From NCBI GenBank assembly GCA_002793855.1, contig PFET01000012.1:6222-70221 (forward strand): a DNA stretch of 64,000 nt, in the 5' to 3' direction. Both the position numbers and the translations under genes were made by a program. Below, in pieces: positions 54,049 through 64,000 of this stretch (position 1 is the stretch's first letter; each line of letters opens with the position of its first letter). The stretch is from Candidatus Uhrbacteria bacterium CG10_big_fil_rev_8_21_14_0_10_48_11. GTDB taxonomy: Bacteria > Patescibacteriota > Patescibacteriia > GWA2-46-9. The notes under the pieces were generated by a model. The model was not told where the DNA came from and searched no databases. It saw only the letters and a list, made by a program, of their open reading frames with translations.

Positions 54049-55956
54049 CTAAGTTTCATATCGATTTTCTGCCCACCAATTAATAATATCATGCGCCACT
54101 GGCACAGCGTAGGTGCTACCTTCACCAGCCTCTTCCAGCAACACAACGACGACAATTTGCGGCTTGTCGTAAGGAGCAAACCCGGTAAACCACGCATGCG
54201 GCTTATGGTCACCTCCGAGTTCAGCCGTTCCAGTTTTTCCGGCAACCGCTACTGGCAAACTATTTAGGTAGCGCGCGCTACCACTGGTAACCGCTGCCCG
54301 CAATCCGCCACGTACGGCTGCGATGGTTGCCGCCGAAACAACATTCTCGGCAACTTTTGGGTCAGGAAATGCTACAGGATTAGGTCCAGCGCTATCGAGT
54401 AACAGATGGGGACGATAAAGAGTGCCTCCATTTGCAAGCACAGAAAGTGCCGCCGCCATTTCAATAGGAGTGACGAGAATATCTCCCTGTCCAATCGCCG
54501 CGTGGTATGTGTCACCGATGTACCACCGCTCGCCCTTCACTGACTGTTTCCATGCTGGATCAGGTATCAAACCAGAAACTTCACCTGGTAAATCAATACC
54601 AGTCGGCGACCCGAGTCCAAATTTACGAGCGTACTCGCCAATTTTTTCAATGCCGAGTCCTGTAAAATCTTGATAACCACCACCGATAATATAGAAAAAA
54701 GTATTCACGGAATCGGCCAACGCCTTGGTGACGTTCGTAATGCCATGACCTCCCGCCTTCCAATCGGGAAAGAACCACTGCCCGACTCGAATACCACCCG
54801 TACTGAGGAAACTCGTCTTTGGAGTAATGATGCCTTCCTCGAGTGCGCCAGCGGCTATAACCGGCTTAATAATAGAACCCGATGGGTAGCGACCCTGAAT
54901 GGCTCTATTAAACAATGGGCGGTCGGGATTGGTTAAGAGATCTTGGTACGCCGTCGGCGATAAACCAAGGGTGAACTGATCAGCATCAAACGATGGCTCA
55001 CTAACCATAGTCAGCACCTGACCGTTGCGTGGGTCGAGAACAATCACTGCGCCCTTCGTTACCTTGGCACGCGCCAAACCTTTTTTAAATGAAGCCTCCG
55101 CTACGTTCTGTAAATCGGTATCAATTGTTAACCAGCTATTCGTTCCCGGTGTTGGTTCTACTTGTGCAAATTTTTTCTGCTCTGCTCCAAGCGCGTCCAC
55201 TTCAACCTCCTTGTACCCGTCGCTACCGCGAAGCGTCTCATCGTAAACAGCTTCAATACCACTCTTACCGATAACGTCTTCAATGGCATAACGACCGGTT
55301 GTCAAATCTTTGTCAGTTACATCCGCAACGTAGCCAACGACGTGACTCAAGCTCACCGCCGAACCGTCATCGTTTGGATACGCTCGACGCGGCGTTGTAA
55401 GTACCCGTACCCCCGGTAGCGAGCGCGTTACGAGGTCTATCGTCTGCCCTTCTTCGGTTGGCACATTTGCGCGAATAATAACTGGCTCGATGCCATTCTT
55501 CTTGGCCGTAGAGAGCTGCCCCCAAGAAGTCTCTAGTGCGTCGGCGCTCTGCTGCGCGGGACCGGCAATTTTTTCAAATAGCGCGCGCCGTTCTGTGCCG
55601 TCACGTGGTACATCAAAAGGAATGAGCGCTAGAGATAGCTGCGGCACGTTTTGCGTTAACAATCTTCCGTAGCGATCATGGACGATGCCGCGTGGCGCCG
55701 GAAGCGTGTAATGCCGAATACGGTTGCCCTCAGCCAGCGCTAAGTAGTGACTACCATTGAGAATCTGTAGGGTGCCCGCTCGAAACAGCAGTGCTAGCAA
55801 GCTAACAAAAACAGCAACAACAGCGATGGTCAGCTGTCGTTTATTTAGTGGCCGACCTACGTAATGCGCTAAAGACGGCCGATCAACGTAGTCAACCCAC
55901 GAGACCTTCCGTCGTTCAACGGGGATGCCAGAATCAAAGTCAGGAAAAGGATTCAT
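54049..55956 (-). CDS. mrdA: Penicillin-binding protein 2 (elongasome transpeptidase)
   Basis: N-terminal TM, SIIK (SxxK) motif and transpeptidase motifs; adjacent to mreBCD. Confidence 0.85.
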   Translation of the reverse strand: MNPFPDFDSGIPVERRKVSWVDYVDRPSLAHYVGRPLNKRQLTIAVVAVFVSLLALLFRAGTLQILNGSHYLALAEGNRIRHYTLPAPRGIVHDRYGRLLTQNVPQLSLALIPFDVPRDGTERRALFEKIAGPAQQSADALETSWGQLSTAKKNGIEPVIIRANVPTEEGQTIDLVTRSLPGVRVLTTPRRAYPNDDGSAVSLSHVVGYVADVTDKDLTTGRYAIEDVIGKSGIEAVYDETLRGSDGYKEVEVDALGAEQKKFAQVEPTPGTNSWLTIDTDLQNVAEASFKKGLARAKVTKGAVIVLDPRNGQVLTMVSEPSFDADQFTLGLSPTAYQDLLTNPDRPLFNRAIQGRYPSGSIIKPVIAAGALEEGIITPKTSFLSTGGIRVGQWFFPDWKAGGHGITNVTKALADSVNTFFYIIGGGYQDFTGLGIEKIGEYARKFGLGSPTGIDLPGEVSGLIPDPAWKQSVKGERWYIGDTYHAAIGQGDILVTPIEMAAALSVLANGGTLYRPHLLLDSAGPNPVAFPDPKVAENVVSAATIAAVRGGLRAAVTSGSARYLNSLPVAVAGKTGTAELGGDHKPHAWFTGFAPYDKPQIVVVVLLEEAGEGSTYAVPVAHDIINWWAENRYET

Positions 55957-56456
55957 AGAAGACGAAAAGGAAATGAAAGTTGGTGCGGGTGCGGTCGCCG
56001 TCTAATAAAACCAGCGAACAATGCGGCGACTAGCATACCCAGTAGCCAATTTAGCAAACTCATCGAATACGTAATTTCTGCTGGATTTAATTGCGCCATC
56101 AAGTTGCTTACCAAGAGTACGGTACCAATATAGGCCGCGTAGGCAAGACTACCGGAAACCACATCTACAATCAACGAACGGTTTGTTAAAAAAAAGAGTA
56201 GACCACCATAAAGAAGTGCAAAAATAAAAGAGGCGGAGAGTGAGGACAGAACTGGGGCGAGTAGCACGCTGTCGTGCCACATACCACCCAGCAAGGTAAT
56301 GACGGCTCCCTGCCACCAAGGAAAAACACTAAACACCAGCAGAAGAACCAGCGGATAGAACGCAATCGAGGCAACTGATGAGGGAAACATACCAAGCACC
56401 GCCGACTCAAAATACGGCGTCAATAGCACCAGTGCGATAGTGAGACTACGCTCCAT
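55953..56456 (-). CDS. mreD: Rod shape-determining protein MreD
   Basis: 167-aa polytopic membrane protein between mreC and mrdA. Confidence 0.6.
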   Translation of the reverse strand: MERSLTIALVLLTPYFESAVLGMFPSSVASIAFYPLVLLLVFSVFPWWQGAVITLLGGMWHDSVLLAPVLSSLSASFIFALLYGGLLFFLTNRSLIVDVVSGSLAYAAYIGTVLLVSNLMAQLNPAEITYSMSLLNWLLGMLVAALFAGFIRRRPHPHQLSFPFRLL

Positions 56457-57264
56457 CGTTAAGCACGATTACGCTAACAATATCCGGCGCTCCGCTTGTT
56501 GCAAATGGTTGCAGCGTTGCTTTTTGCCATAATTCTTCGGGCGTCGAACGAACCGAACTGATACTGCCAATCGGAATATTTGGGGCTAAGCCTGGAAAAC
56601 CAATACCGGTAACAACGACATCCCCTTCGGTAACGGTAGCCGTCTTTGGAATTTGCTGCACCGTAAGCGACAACCCCTCTGGGCTCGCCAATATGCCAAA
56701 GGCTCCATCATGTGCTGGTACTCTAGCCGGAATTTGCAGGTCGGAACCGCTCAATAAACGAAAGACGCTGCTCTGCTCTCCAACGTCGGCAATCACCCCA
56801 ATCAAATTACCATTGATAGTAACAACAGCAGAACCTTCTGCAATTCCCCGCTGACGTCCACCGTCCAAGCGCAACAAATCTTTAGGCGCGCGCGGATCAA
56901 AACCAATCACCTGCAATGGCACCACCGTACCGAGAATGGTTGACTGGAAACCAGTAATCGAGCGTAGTTCGTCGTTCTCTGCCGTTAGTTGCTCGAATCG
57001 TGCTCTATCAATAGCCAAGCGCGCTACCTCCCCTTCAAGGCTAGCTATCTTATCTGCTACCTCACCACCAACGAGCAAATGGTAGAATGTACCTCGCACG
57101 GTTGAGCTCATAACGTAAAGTCCCCGTTCAATTGGCTGCGTCAACCCGACAACGCGTGCGCTCATCTGTTTCCCCACGGGCGTCAGCTCAATAGCCACCA
57201 GTAAGACACAAAGGAGGAGGAAAAGTGCCATTCGCTGTCGCAGTCGAAACCGCATAGAAGGCAA
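56446..57264 (-). CDS. mreC: Rod shape-determining protein MreC
   Basis: N-terminal TM, coiled coil and beta domains; synteny. Confidence 0.8.
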   Translation of the reverse strand: MPSMRFRLRQRMALFLLLCVLLVAIELTPVGKQMSARVVGLTQPIERGLYVMSSTVRGTFYHLLVGGEVADKIASLEGEVARLAIDRARFEQLTAENDELRSITGFQSTILGTVVPLQVIGFDPRAPKDLLRLDGGRQRGIAEGSAVVTINGNLIGVIADVGEQSSVFRLLSGSDLQIPARVPAHDGAFGILASPEGLSLTVQQIPKTATVTEGDVVVTGIGFPGLAPNIPIGSISSVRSTPEELWQKATLQPFATSGAPDIVSVIVLNDGA

Positions 57265-58326
57265 CTACGAACCGTACGGTAATTCTTGCGCTGAAGGAAT
57301 GGCAACTTCTTCTAAAAGTTCTATGCTGTCGAGCAAAATACCGGTTCCGCGCACCACGCAGGTTAACGGGTCATCGGCAACCCGCACTGGAATTTGGGTA
57401 GCATCTGAAATAGCGCGGTCAAGATTGCGCAGTAATGCTCCGCCACCAAGCAATACAATACCGCGCTCGTAAATATCGGCAACGAGTTCGGGTGGAGTTA
57501 TCTCGAGAATGCCCCGAATGTGTTCAATAATCGTTTTTACTGACCGGGCCATGGCTTGCCTGACCTGCGTATCATTGACGGTCACTTCTTTTGGTAAACC
57601 GCTCACCAAATCACGGCCCCGCATACTGGTCTCTAGCGGCTCCTCAAGTGGCGCTGCTGAACCAACGGCAATTTTAATGTCCTCAGCAATACGCTCGCCG
57701 AGCAGCAGATTAAACTGATCTCTAGCAAACTGAATAATATTTTTGTTAAGTTCGTCACCGGCCAATCGAAGCGATTTTGCCGTCACAATGCCCCCAAGTG
57801 AAATAACGGCAATTTCCGTTGTGCCCCCGCCAATGTCAACCACCATGTTTGCAGTCGGCTCTTGCACAGCAAGACGCGTACCAATAGCTCCCGCCATAGG
57901 CTCTTCGATGAGGTAGACCGCCCGAGCGCCGCTCGCCCGAACCACATCCTCTACTGCTTTGCGTTCGACCTCGGTTACCTCGGTCGGGATAGAAATAACG
58001 ACCCGTGGACGATTTAAAAGGGAAAAGCTTTCTTGCTGCACCTTATCCATAAAGTAGCGCAGCATTTTCTCGGTTACCTCGTAGTCAGAAATAATCCCGT
58101 CCACAAGCGGTCTCGTTGCTACGATGTGTGCCGGCGTTTTACCTACCATGCGCTCTGCTTCGTGCCCAACGGCAACAATCTGATCGGTGCGAAGATTAAC
58201 TGCGACAACCGACGGCTCATTAATGACAATGCCACGATCTTTCACATACACAAGGGTATTCGCGGTACCAAGATCGATACCGATATCTTTCGTTAGTCGA
58301 CCAAGTGCTCGTCCAAAAATGGTCAT
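57265..58326 (-). CDS. mreB: Rod shape-determining protein MreB
   Basis: Actin-fold motifs (IGIDLGTANT, DIGGGTTE). Confidence 0.95.
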   Translation of the reverse strand: MTIFGRALGRLTKDIGIDLGTANTLVYVKDRGIVINEPSVVAVNLRTDQIVAVGHEAERMVGKTPAHIVATRPLVDGIISDYEVTEKMLRYFMDKVQQESFSLLNRPRVVISIPTEVTEVERKAVEDVVRASGARAVYLIEEPMAGAIGTRLAVQEPTANMVVDIGGGTTEIAVISLGGIVTAKSLRLAGDELNKNIIQFARDQFNLLLGERIAEDIKIAVGSAAPLEEPLETSMRGRDLVSGLPKEVTVNDTQVRQAMARSVKTIIEHIRGILEITPPELVADIYERGIVLLGGGALLRNLDRAISDATQIPVRVADDPLTCVVRGTGILLDSIELLEEVAIPSAQELPYGS

Positions 58327-59570
58327 AAGTACTGTGCTACTAGTGCTTCAAGGCCATCAACCAAGTTCGATTCTTCTTCGATCCTACGCTTAACTTCAAT
58401 CTTCCCTGCACTCATTGTTTTTTCGCTAACCACTACCCGCAGCGGCAGACCGATTAAGTCAGCATCTTTCAATTTGATACCAGCAGAAAGATCGCGATCG
58501 TCGTAGAGAGGGCTCACGTTCTTTTTTCGCAAGTCGGCGTAAAGTGTGTCGGCGGCAGCAACGACAGAAGGTGAATCACCAAGTCGCACCACATGAACAT
58601 CGTAAGGAGCAATTGCTTTAGGCCACGCGATACCCCGATCGTCATGGTGCACTTCAACAACGGTCCCCATAACTCTCCCGAGTCCGATACCGTAGCAACC
58701 CATGAGGACGGGCATTTCCGTTCCACTTTCATCCTTGAAGGTAAGGCCGAACGGCGCTGAGTATTTTGTTTTCAAAGAAAAAATGTTACCAACCTCTATC
58801 GCTTTTTGTTCTATAAGCTTTCCTCGATCCGCCTTGCACTGCGGACAGTTTGGTTGCTCGGCAATAATTTCATCATTGATAGCAATTCGGCAGGTAGGAC
58901 AGAGGTAGATAGTATCTTCGCCAGCGGCAGTAAGCGTCTGAAACTCGTGCGAGTACTTAGCAAACGAACCGCCAGAAGCAAAAGTGAGAACGGTCTCTTC
59001 ACCAATGCCACAGCGTTTAAAAATTTTTACATAGGCCTCTTTGACGACGTCGTAGTAACGCGCTAGGTCAGCCTCATCACGATGAAACGAGTACAAATCT
59101 TTCATAATAAACTCACGCCCTCTAAGCATACCGGACTTGGCACGGAGCTCTGCTCTAAACTTTGTCTGAAACTGATAGAGCGCAAGCGGCAAATCTCGAT
59201 ACGAATGTACGTCGCGCTTAACGAGCGGCGTAATAATTTCCTCGTGGGTAGAGCCAAGGGCATAGGCGTGACCACTTTCATCTTCAAGTTTGTACAACGG
59301 GTCGGGACCATCCCAGCGACCAGTAACCATCCAGTTCTCTTTTGGATGAAGCGCTGGCAACAGCAATTCTTGTCCTCCAATCTCAGTGAGCTCTTCTCGA
59401 ATAATATGTTCAATGTTCTTTAGTACCCGATACCCAAGGGGTAGATACGAGTAAACACCCGCCATCAACTTATCAACGTAGCCTGCCTGCTGCAGCAACT
59501 GAGCATTCGTGCTCTGGTCATCGCGAGGCGGCTCTCGGAGAGTTTTACCAAATAAAGTAGATTGCAGCAT
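58323..59570 (-). CDS. proS: Prolyl-tRNA synthetase, short form (415 aa)
   Basis: Class II motifs and a ProRS-type N-terminus (AGYVDKLMAGVYSYLPLGYRVL); lacks the bacterial INS editing domain. Confidence 0.8.
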   Translation of the reverse strand: MLQSTLFGKTLREPPRDDQSTNAQLLQQAGYVDKLMAGVYSYLPLGYRVLKNIEHIIREELTEIGGQELLLPALHPKENWMVTGRWDGPDPLYKLEDESGHAYALGSTHEEIITPLVKRDVHSYRDLPLALYQFQTKFRAELRAKSGMLRGREFIMKDLYSFHRDEADLARYYDVVKEAYVKIFKRCGIGEETVLTFASGGSFAKYSHEFQTLTAAGEDTIYLCPTCRIAINDEIIAEQPNCPQCKADRGKLIEQKAIEVGNIFSLKTKYSAPFGLTFKDESGTEMPVLMGCYGIGLGRVMGTVVEVHHDDRGIAWPKAIAPYDVHVVRLGDSPSVVAAADTLYADLRKKNVSPLYDDRDLSAGIKLKDADLIGLPLRVVVSEKTMSAGKIEVKRRIEEESNLVDGLEALVAQYL

Positions 59571-59597
59571 AGTCGTAAAGTTGTCTTATTGTACGAG

Positions 59598-59626
59598 AAA
59601 AAAAGACCGTCGTCAAAGCGGCGGTC
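59598..59626 (-). terminator. Terminator (GACCG..CGGTC plus T7) after the 974-aa gene
   Basis: On the minus strand the hairpin is followed by TTTTTTT. Confidence 0.6.
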
Positions 59627-59646
59627 AAAAGCCAATGACAAGCTGA

Positions 59647-62571
59647 TTAGAAGGTCACGCTGCCTGTTGCTAGTGGTACTCCGGCAACCTCGGCTGCAAT
59701 TCGAGAATCACGACCAATGGTTTCGACACTTAAGAGCTGGAGCGCAATGGTATCCCCAGTAACACCGTCCGTTGTATTAACGTAAACCCGCAAGCGCATG
59801 ACTTGACCAGGCGCAAGGGTCGGTCCGGTTACTCGATTACCACCGCTACCGCTTACGGGTGAACTTATGGTTGAGCCACGTGTGTACCCAGTTGTCGCAT
59901 CCACTAACCGCATACTCGCATAGCCACGGGTGACCGATAGGCCACTCGAACCTGGTGCATCAATAAAGGTAAGTCCGCTTAACTGAATATCCTCGGCGCC
60001 AGAGGCAGTAACGGTAAAGCCGGCAACTGGCACATTTCTTCCGGTGGTTGCCGTGCCGCCAGTGAAAGTTGTGTCGGGTGAAACCGTAAGCACACTTCGC
60101 TCTACTACCACCGCTGTTGTTTGTTCATTTCCATAAGTCACACTGATGAGCGCGCCCGATGTTTTGCCGTGCGCGGTAATGCCGCCAATCGTAAACTGTG
60201 CCACCGAACCGTCGCTGGCAAACGAGGAATCAACCAGCAGGTCGTACCCGTACTCGCGATTAGCGGGAATAGTCACGCTCAATGGAAAACGATAGGATCC
60301 ACCACTTGGTGAGACAATGGTTACATTGCCAAGTTTCAAATTAGAAAAGCCGTGGCTGTAAATAACCGGAGACGAACCGATAGGCTCCAGCACCACTTCG
60401 TCTATTTTGATATCCTCTCCCGGGCTTGCTTTCAAGAGCAATCGTCCAATTTTCGCTCTCACTTTACCGGCCGGTATTGAGGCGGCAGTGAACCGCGGGT
60501 CGTTTCTGACAAAGAGAGAAATTTCCTGTGTTGCACGAACAGGTCCAGCAACAACCGTTGCAAAAGTAACCGTGTTTGTCTCTCCGCTTACGGTAAAATG
60601 AAAATTAGAAAAATTAACTTGATACGAGTCGCTTGCCTGGACGGCATCGCTTAGGCTCCCTACTAATTCATACGTATAGGTTTTACCGTTTACTAATATG
60701 GGCGCTGTCGATAGATAGGTGGTAACTGAATGGTCGGTCACCGTATCGGCATCAACGGTGGCTATGCGATCTCCTCCTTTTAGTCGCAAAGAAAGCGAGC
60801 CAAGAAATTTTGTGTGTGGTGCAGTTGTTGCAACTTCGATAGTCAATCGATCCCAGCGCAGGTTTTGTCCACTTGGTCGAATATCGATACTAGCAAGTAC
60901 GGTGTCGCTTGCCCCCTTTGTTAATGGACCACTCGGACTATTGGTAGACAGCGCCACAACAACACTTCCGCCAATAATATGCAGGGCATTAACGCCCGTC
61001 AGTAAGGTACTACCGACGGGAAAACTGCCGCCAATACCCGCAGACACAGCAGAAACTGCATAACCGAAACTGTTTCCCACGGCATAGATATCATAGTCGT
61101 TTTCAATAATAAACTGTGCCTGACGGTCGTTACCCGATATAATATCGCCGCGTAAAATAAATTCCTGACTCTGTCCGGCACTTATACTGTACGGCGAAGT
61201 AAACCGAAGAGCGACCGTGTTACCACTCGTTGAACCAGCTACAGCGACTGACCTACTGCTGCTATCAACCAGTTTCAGATGTGCAAAATCATCAATTGAC
61301 CCATTGCCAACCATCGTCAGCACAAGCCGTTCAACGCTTACGGACTCTCGTCCAGTCTGCACGGTAAACTTAAAACGGTTGAGGTCTTGGTTGATTTCGC
61401 CTACACGAATATCGCGTGCACCACTGGAGAGCTGCACAACGGAAACCTGCAGCGAACCTATAAGTGCCGTGCTATTCAACACGGTGTAGGTCCTACTGAG
61501 AAGCGGAAAGGAACCCGTTATGGTTCCTCCGGTCGACTCTATATCAGCCGCGTTCTCTAATGAAAATGTAACCGTACTTTGACTACCGGTTGCTAACGTT
61601 GTGGCAAAGTTTGCCGTTAGGGTCAGTGACTGTGTTTGGTTGGCGGCAACCGAAACTGGTTTTAGAAAAGTAAAATGCACAGCTCCGTTCACAAATTGCT
61701 GCGGTCGGGTGAGCGCAAAGCCGCTCTCGTCAAACACGAGTAAGCTGGTAACGTCCCGATCTTGCAGGAAACCACGTCTGGTAATAGTGATAGCCTCCAC
61801 ACTAGCCGTACTGTCTCCTCCGTGGAGCACAATCTTTGCTACCTCATTTCTGGTTGTTCCAGAGGGTACCGCTACGGGAAGGCTAGTCACCGCGAGGCTG
61901 ACAGATAACGCAGCGCTTGGTGGTGCTGTCGGTGGTTCGGGTGGTGCAGGCAAGGTGTCTAAACTTAACGGATCGATTTGCTGATAGCCGTCAAGCAGTG
62001 GCTGGGGAACAGTAAGAACGTCAGACCAACGAAAGCCCGCTGCAGTAAAAAGATCGGGGGACGGAATAAGCGCTCTCGTCTGTGCGGTGTAATCCAGATA
62101 ATAAATGTTTGGATCGTCTGCTATTTTCACCAGCCGACCATTTCGTAATGTTCGACTATCGTCTCCACTTATATGCACTATATCCTTCCACTGCTCTCCA
62201 GAATCAAGGAAGCTTTTTTCTGTCGGAAACCAGACCTTCTGTCCACTTAACTGGTCTAAAAGATAAACGCGAGGACCCAACGATGACTTAATAAGTCGTA
62301 AAGGAGTAAACGCTTGCAACGTCGAACTACTGACGTCTTTAATATGAATGAACCGATAGGCATAAGACTGCAATACATCGAAATTTGGAATATAATGCCG
62401 AATCCCGTCAATTACCGCATAAATCTTTTTTGTACTTTGGTCGCGCAAAAGCTGAACGTCTGCATCAAAATAAGAAGTTGCGTGCGCCTGTGATGCACCA
62501 AACAAACACACTAGAGTAAAGAGTGCCGAGAAAAGTATTTTGCTCTGTTTTTTAGGCGTCATTCGCTTCAA
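59647..62571 (-). CDS. Large secreted Thr/Ser/Val-rich beta-repeat protein (974 aa) with N-terminal YxxxDGxRxxIP repeats
   Basis: Signal peptide MKRMTPKKQSKILFSALFTLVCLFGASQAHA. The repeats KIYAVIDGIRHYIPNFDVL and NIYYLDYTAQTRALIPSPDLF are also present in the disrupted gene at 25682..26910. Confidence 0.7.
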   Translation of the reverse strand: MKRMTPKKQSKILFSALFTLVCLFGASQAHATSYFDADVQLLRDQSTKKIYAVIDGIRHYIPNFDVLQSYAYRFIHIKDVSSSTLQAFTPLRLIKSSLGPRVYLLDQLSGQKVWFPTEKSFLDSGEQWKDIVHISGDDSRTLRNGRLVKIADDPNIYYLDYTAQTRALIPSPDLFTAAGFRWSDVLTVPQPLLDGYQQIDPLSLDTLPAPPEPPTAPPSAALSVSLAVTSLPVAVPSGTTRNEVAKIVLHGGDSTASVEAITITRRGFLQDRDVTSLLVFDESGFALTRPQQFVNGAVHFTFLKPVSVAANQTQSLTLTANFATTLATGSQSTVTFSLENAADIESTGGTITGSFPLLSRTYTVLNSTALIGSLQVSVVQLSSGARDIRVGEINQDLNRFKFTVQTGRESVSVERLVLTMVGNGSIDDFAHLKLVDSSSRSVAVAGSTSGNTVALRFTSPYSISAGQSQEFILRGDIISGNDRQAQFIIENDYDIYAVGNSFGYAVSAVSAGIGGSFPVGSTLLTGVNALHIIGGSVVVALSTNSPSGPLTKGASDTVLASIDIRPSGQNLRWDRLTIEVATTAPHTKFLGSLSLRLKGGDRIATVDADTVTDHSVTTYLSTAPILVNGKTYTYELVGSLSDAVQASDSYQVNFSNFHFTVSGETNTVTFATVVAGPVRATQEISLFVRNDPRFTAASIPAGKVRAKIGRLLLKASPGEDIKIDEVVLEPIGSSPVIYSHGFSNLKLGNVTIVSPSGGSYRFPLSVTIPANREYGYDLLVDSSFASDGSVAQFTIGGITAHGKTSGALISVTYGNEQTTAVVVERSVLTVSPDTTFTGGTATTGRNVPVAGFTVTASGAEDIQLSGLTFIDAPGSSGLSVTRGYASMRLVDATTGYTRGSTISSPVSGSGGNRVTGPTLAPGQVMRLRVYVNTTDGVTGDTIALQLLSVETIGRDSRIAAEVAGVPLATGSVTF

Positions 62572-62603
62572 GTATAGGGAAGAGTACGCCTAAACTCAAC
62601 CAC

Positions 62604-63704
62604 CTACCACAAATGAGGAACCGCAAGGTGTAAGCGAGAAATATCAAAAAAGGTCACCACTAAGACCAAGAGAAGTAGAAATGAAAACCCAATCTGATGA
62701 ATTCTCGATTCAACGTGCGACGGAACCGGCTTTCTACGAACTGCCTCAATAAGGATAAAGAGTAGCCGTCCACCATCGAGCGCCGGCAACGGCAAAAGGT
62801 TTACGAACGAAAGGTTGATAGACAAAAGCGCAACAAATTGCAAAAGGTACAAAAAACCAAGATGCACCACGTTGCCGGTTACCACTGCAATGCCGACTGG
62901 TCCGGCAATATCGATGCCAGCGGGTGATCCGCGGACGAGATTACCAAGGGCATTACCTAGGGTAGTTACAATAAGCACAAAACTTTCGCCAGTCATCTTT
63001 AACCCCTCCACGGGTGCTTGATACCAAGGGTAACGCACAATACCGATAGTGCTAAGCTGCACGCCAAAACCAATAACCGGTTCAGCTGTACCTTCTATTG
63101 CTAAAGCGGTTGGTGTCAGTGTCACTGTTCGCTGGGTTCCTTCTTTACTAATCGTTACGGCAACTGGCTGGTCTGCATGTGCGCGTACATAGCCCTGCAA
63201 ATCTTGCAGACTGGAAAAAGTATGCCCGTCCAGTGCTACCATGCTGTCACCATCAGCAATAACACCATCTGCTGGGGCATCTGGCACTACCGCCATAACT
63301 CGGTGCGTCGCGCTCGTAACAGTCGTTGCTGCTGGCGCGCCATCCGTAATGTCTTGCGGCATGCCAATACCAAAACCAATACTGAATAGTGCGACGGCAA
63401 CCAGTGCATTCATGATAACTCCAGCAGCGATAATGAGTGCGCGTTTGTACACAGGCTGAACAGAAAAACTGTCAGGAGAACGATCGTTCTCGTCTTCACC
63501 CTTAATACGAACGAATCCTCCTAGCGGAATCCAGTTTAAAGAAATTACTGTTTTTCCTTTGGCCCAACGAGCAATAGCTGGTGGAAAACCGATACCAAAC
63601 TCTTCAACCCCCACCTTAAAGAAACGAGCGGTCGCGTAATGACCGTACTCGTGTACAAGTACCAAAAGAAACAAGGTTAAAATAAAAACCAGTACGCCTA
63701 ACAT
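62604..63704 (-). CDS. rseP: RseP-like site-2 protease (M50)
   Basis: HEYGHY zinc motif in TM1, PDZ domain and LDGG motif. Confidence 0.85.
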   Translation of the reverse strand: MLGVLVFILTLFLLVLVHEYGHYATARFFKVGVEEFGIGFPPAIARWAKGKTVISLNWIPLGGFVRIKGEDENDRSPDSFSVQPVYKRALIIAAGVIMNALVAVALFSIGFGIGMPQDITDGAPAATTVTSATHRVMAVVPDAPADGVIADGDSMVALDGHTFSSLQDLQGYVRAHADQPVAVTISKEGTQRTVTLTPTALAIEGTAEPVIGFGVQLSTIGIVRYPWYQAPVEGLKMTGESFVLIVTTLGNALGNLVRGSPAGIDIAGPVGIAVVTGNVVHLGFLYLLQFVALLSINLSFVNLLPLPALDGGRLLFILIEAVRRKPVPSHVESRIHQIGFSFLLLLVLVVTFFDISRLHLAVPHLW

Positions 63705-64000
63705 TAAATGGTATTAATTTCTTTCTCCTTACGATTACCTATATCTTCTATTTTCCCAAGATACTGACGGGTTAACTCGTCGAGCTCCTTAATGGCATCA
63801 AACCGATCGTCTTCAGTTATTTCCTTTGCCTTTTCTGCCCGCTGAATTGATTCTTTGATTCGTTCGCGCACTTGACGAACCTGCACCCTTCCCTGCTCCA
63901 GCTTTTGGCCTAATACCTTCAAAAGATTCATCCTCGTTTCCTGGGTCAACGATGGCAACGTCAAATGAAGAAGCTGACCATCATTTTTAATGCCAACATT
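63704..64000 (-). CDS. frr: Ribosome recycling factor, C-terminal part (start lies beyond window end)
   Basis: RRF C-terminus pattern VRQVRERIKE...ITEDD...DELTRQY; frr-rseP synteny. Confidence 0.75.
   Translation of the reverse strand, partial: NVGIKNDGQLLHLTLPSLTQETRMNLLKVLGQKLEQGRVQVRQVRERIKESIQRAEKAKEITEDDRFDAIKELDELTRQYLGKIEDIGNRKEKEINTI

Noticed and set aside
1-64000. CRISPR arrays, IS elements, integrases, prophage or rRNA/tRNA genes
   Set aside because: I found no direct-repeat/spacer periodicity, no transposase or integrase-like ORFs, no inverted terminal repeats flanking blocks, and no rRNA or tRNA signatures anywhere in the window.

Overview
This 64 kb window looks like a compact bacterial chromosome segment of about 48-50% GC, with two strands of mostly housekeeping genes. 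The gene content fits a reduced-genome, possibly Patescibacteria/Saccharibacteria-like organism, but that is inference only. The minus strand carries a glycolytic/translation block (gpmI fragment, an enolase-like paralog, pgk, gap, tsf, rpsB) and rplY. The plus strand carries rpmE-prfA-prmC, gyrB, secE-nusG-rplK-rplA, a thymidylate cluster (P-loop kinase, tandem dCTP-deaminase-like, tandem ThyX, tmk) and gatB. The remaining minus-strand genes are miaA, thrS, dnaE, pheST, a UvrD-helicase/PD-(D/E)XK nuclease fusion, eno-ldh-ppsA, tatD, cvpA, metG, hup, rsmI, trxB, mrdA-mreDCB, proS, a 974-aa secreted protein, rseP and an frr fragment. No rRNA, tRNA, CRISPR array or transposon was found. The features worth a second look are: (1) a 2-isopropylmalate synthase gene of about 60% GC (foreign composition) preceded by a classic Leu-codon leader-peptide attenuator; (2) a free-standing LeuA regulatory-domain protein; (3) a catalytically degenerate enolase paralog where tpiA normally sits in the gap-pgk operon; (4) a canonical Thr T-box leader on thrS; (5) a secreted repeat protein broken by an in-frame TAG and an A6 homopolymer frameshift; (6) several promoter/terminator-bracketed micro-ORFs and structured GC-rich intergenic RNAs of unknown identity; (7) a recurring leaderless-mRNA architecture. 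All calls rest on reading the sequence and remembered family motifs; no database searches were run.
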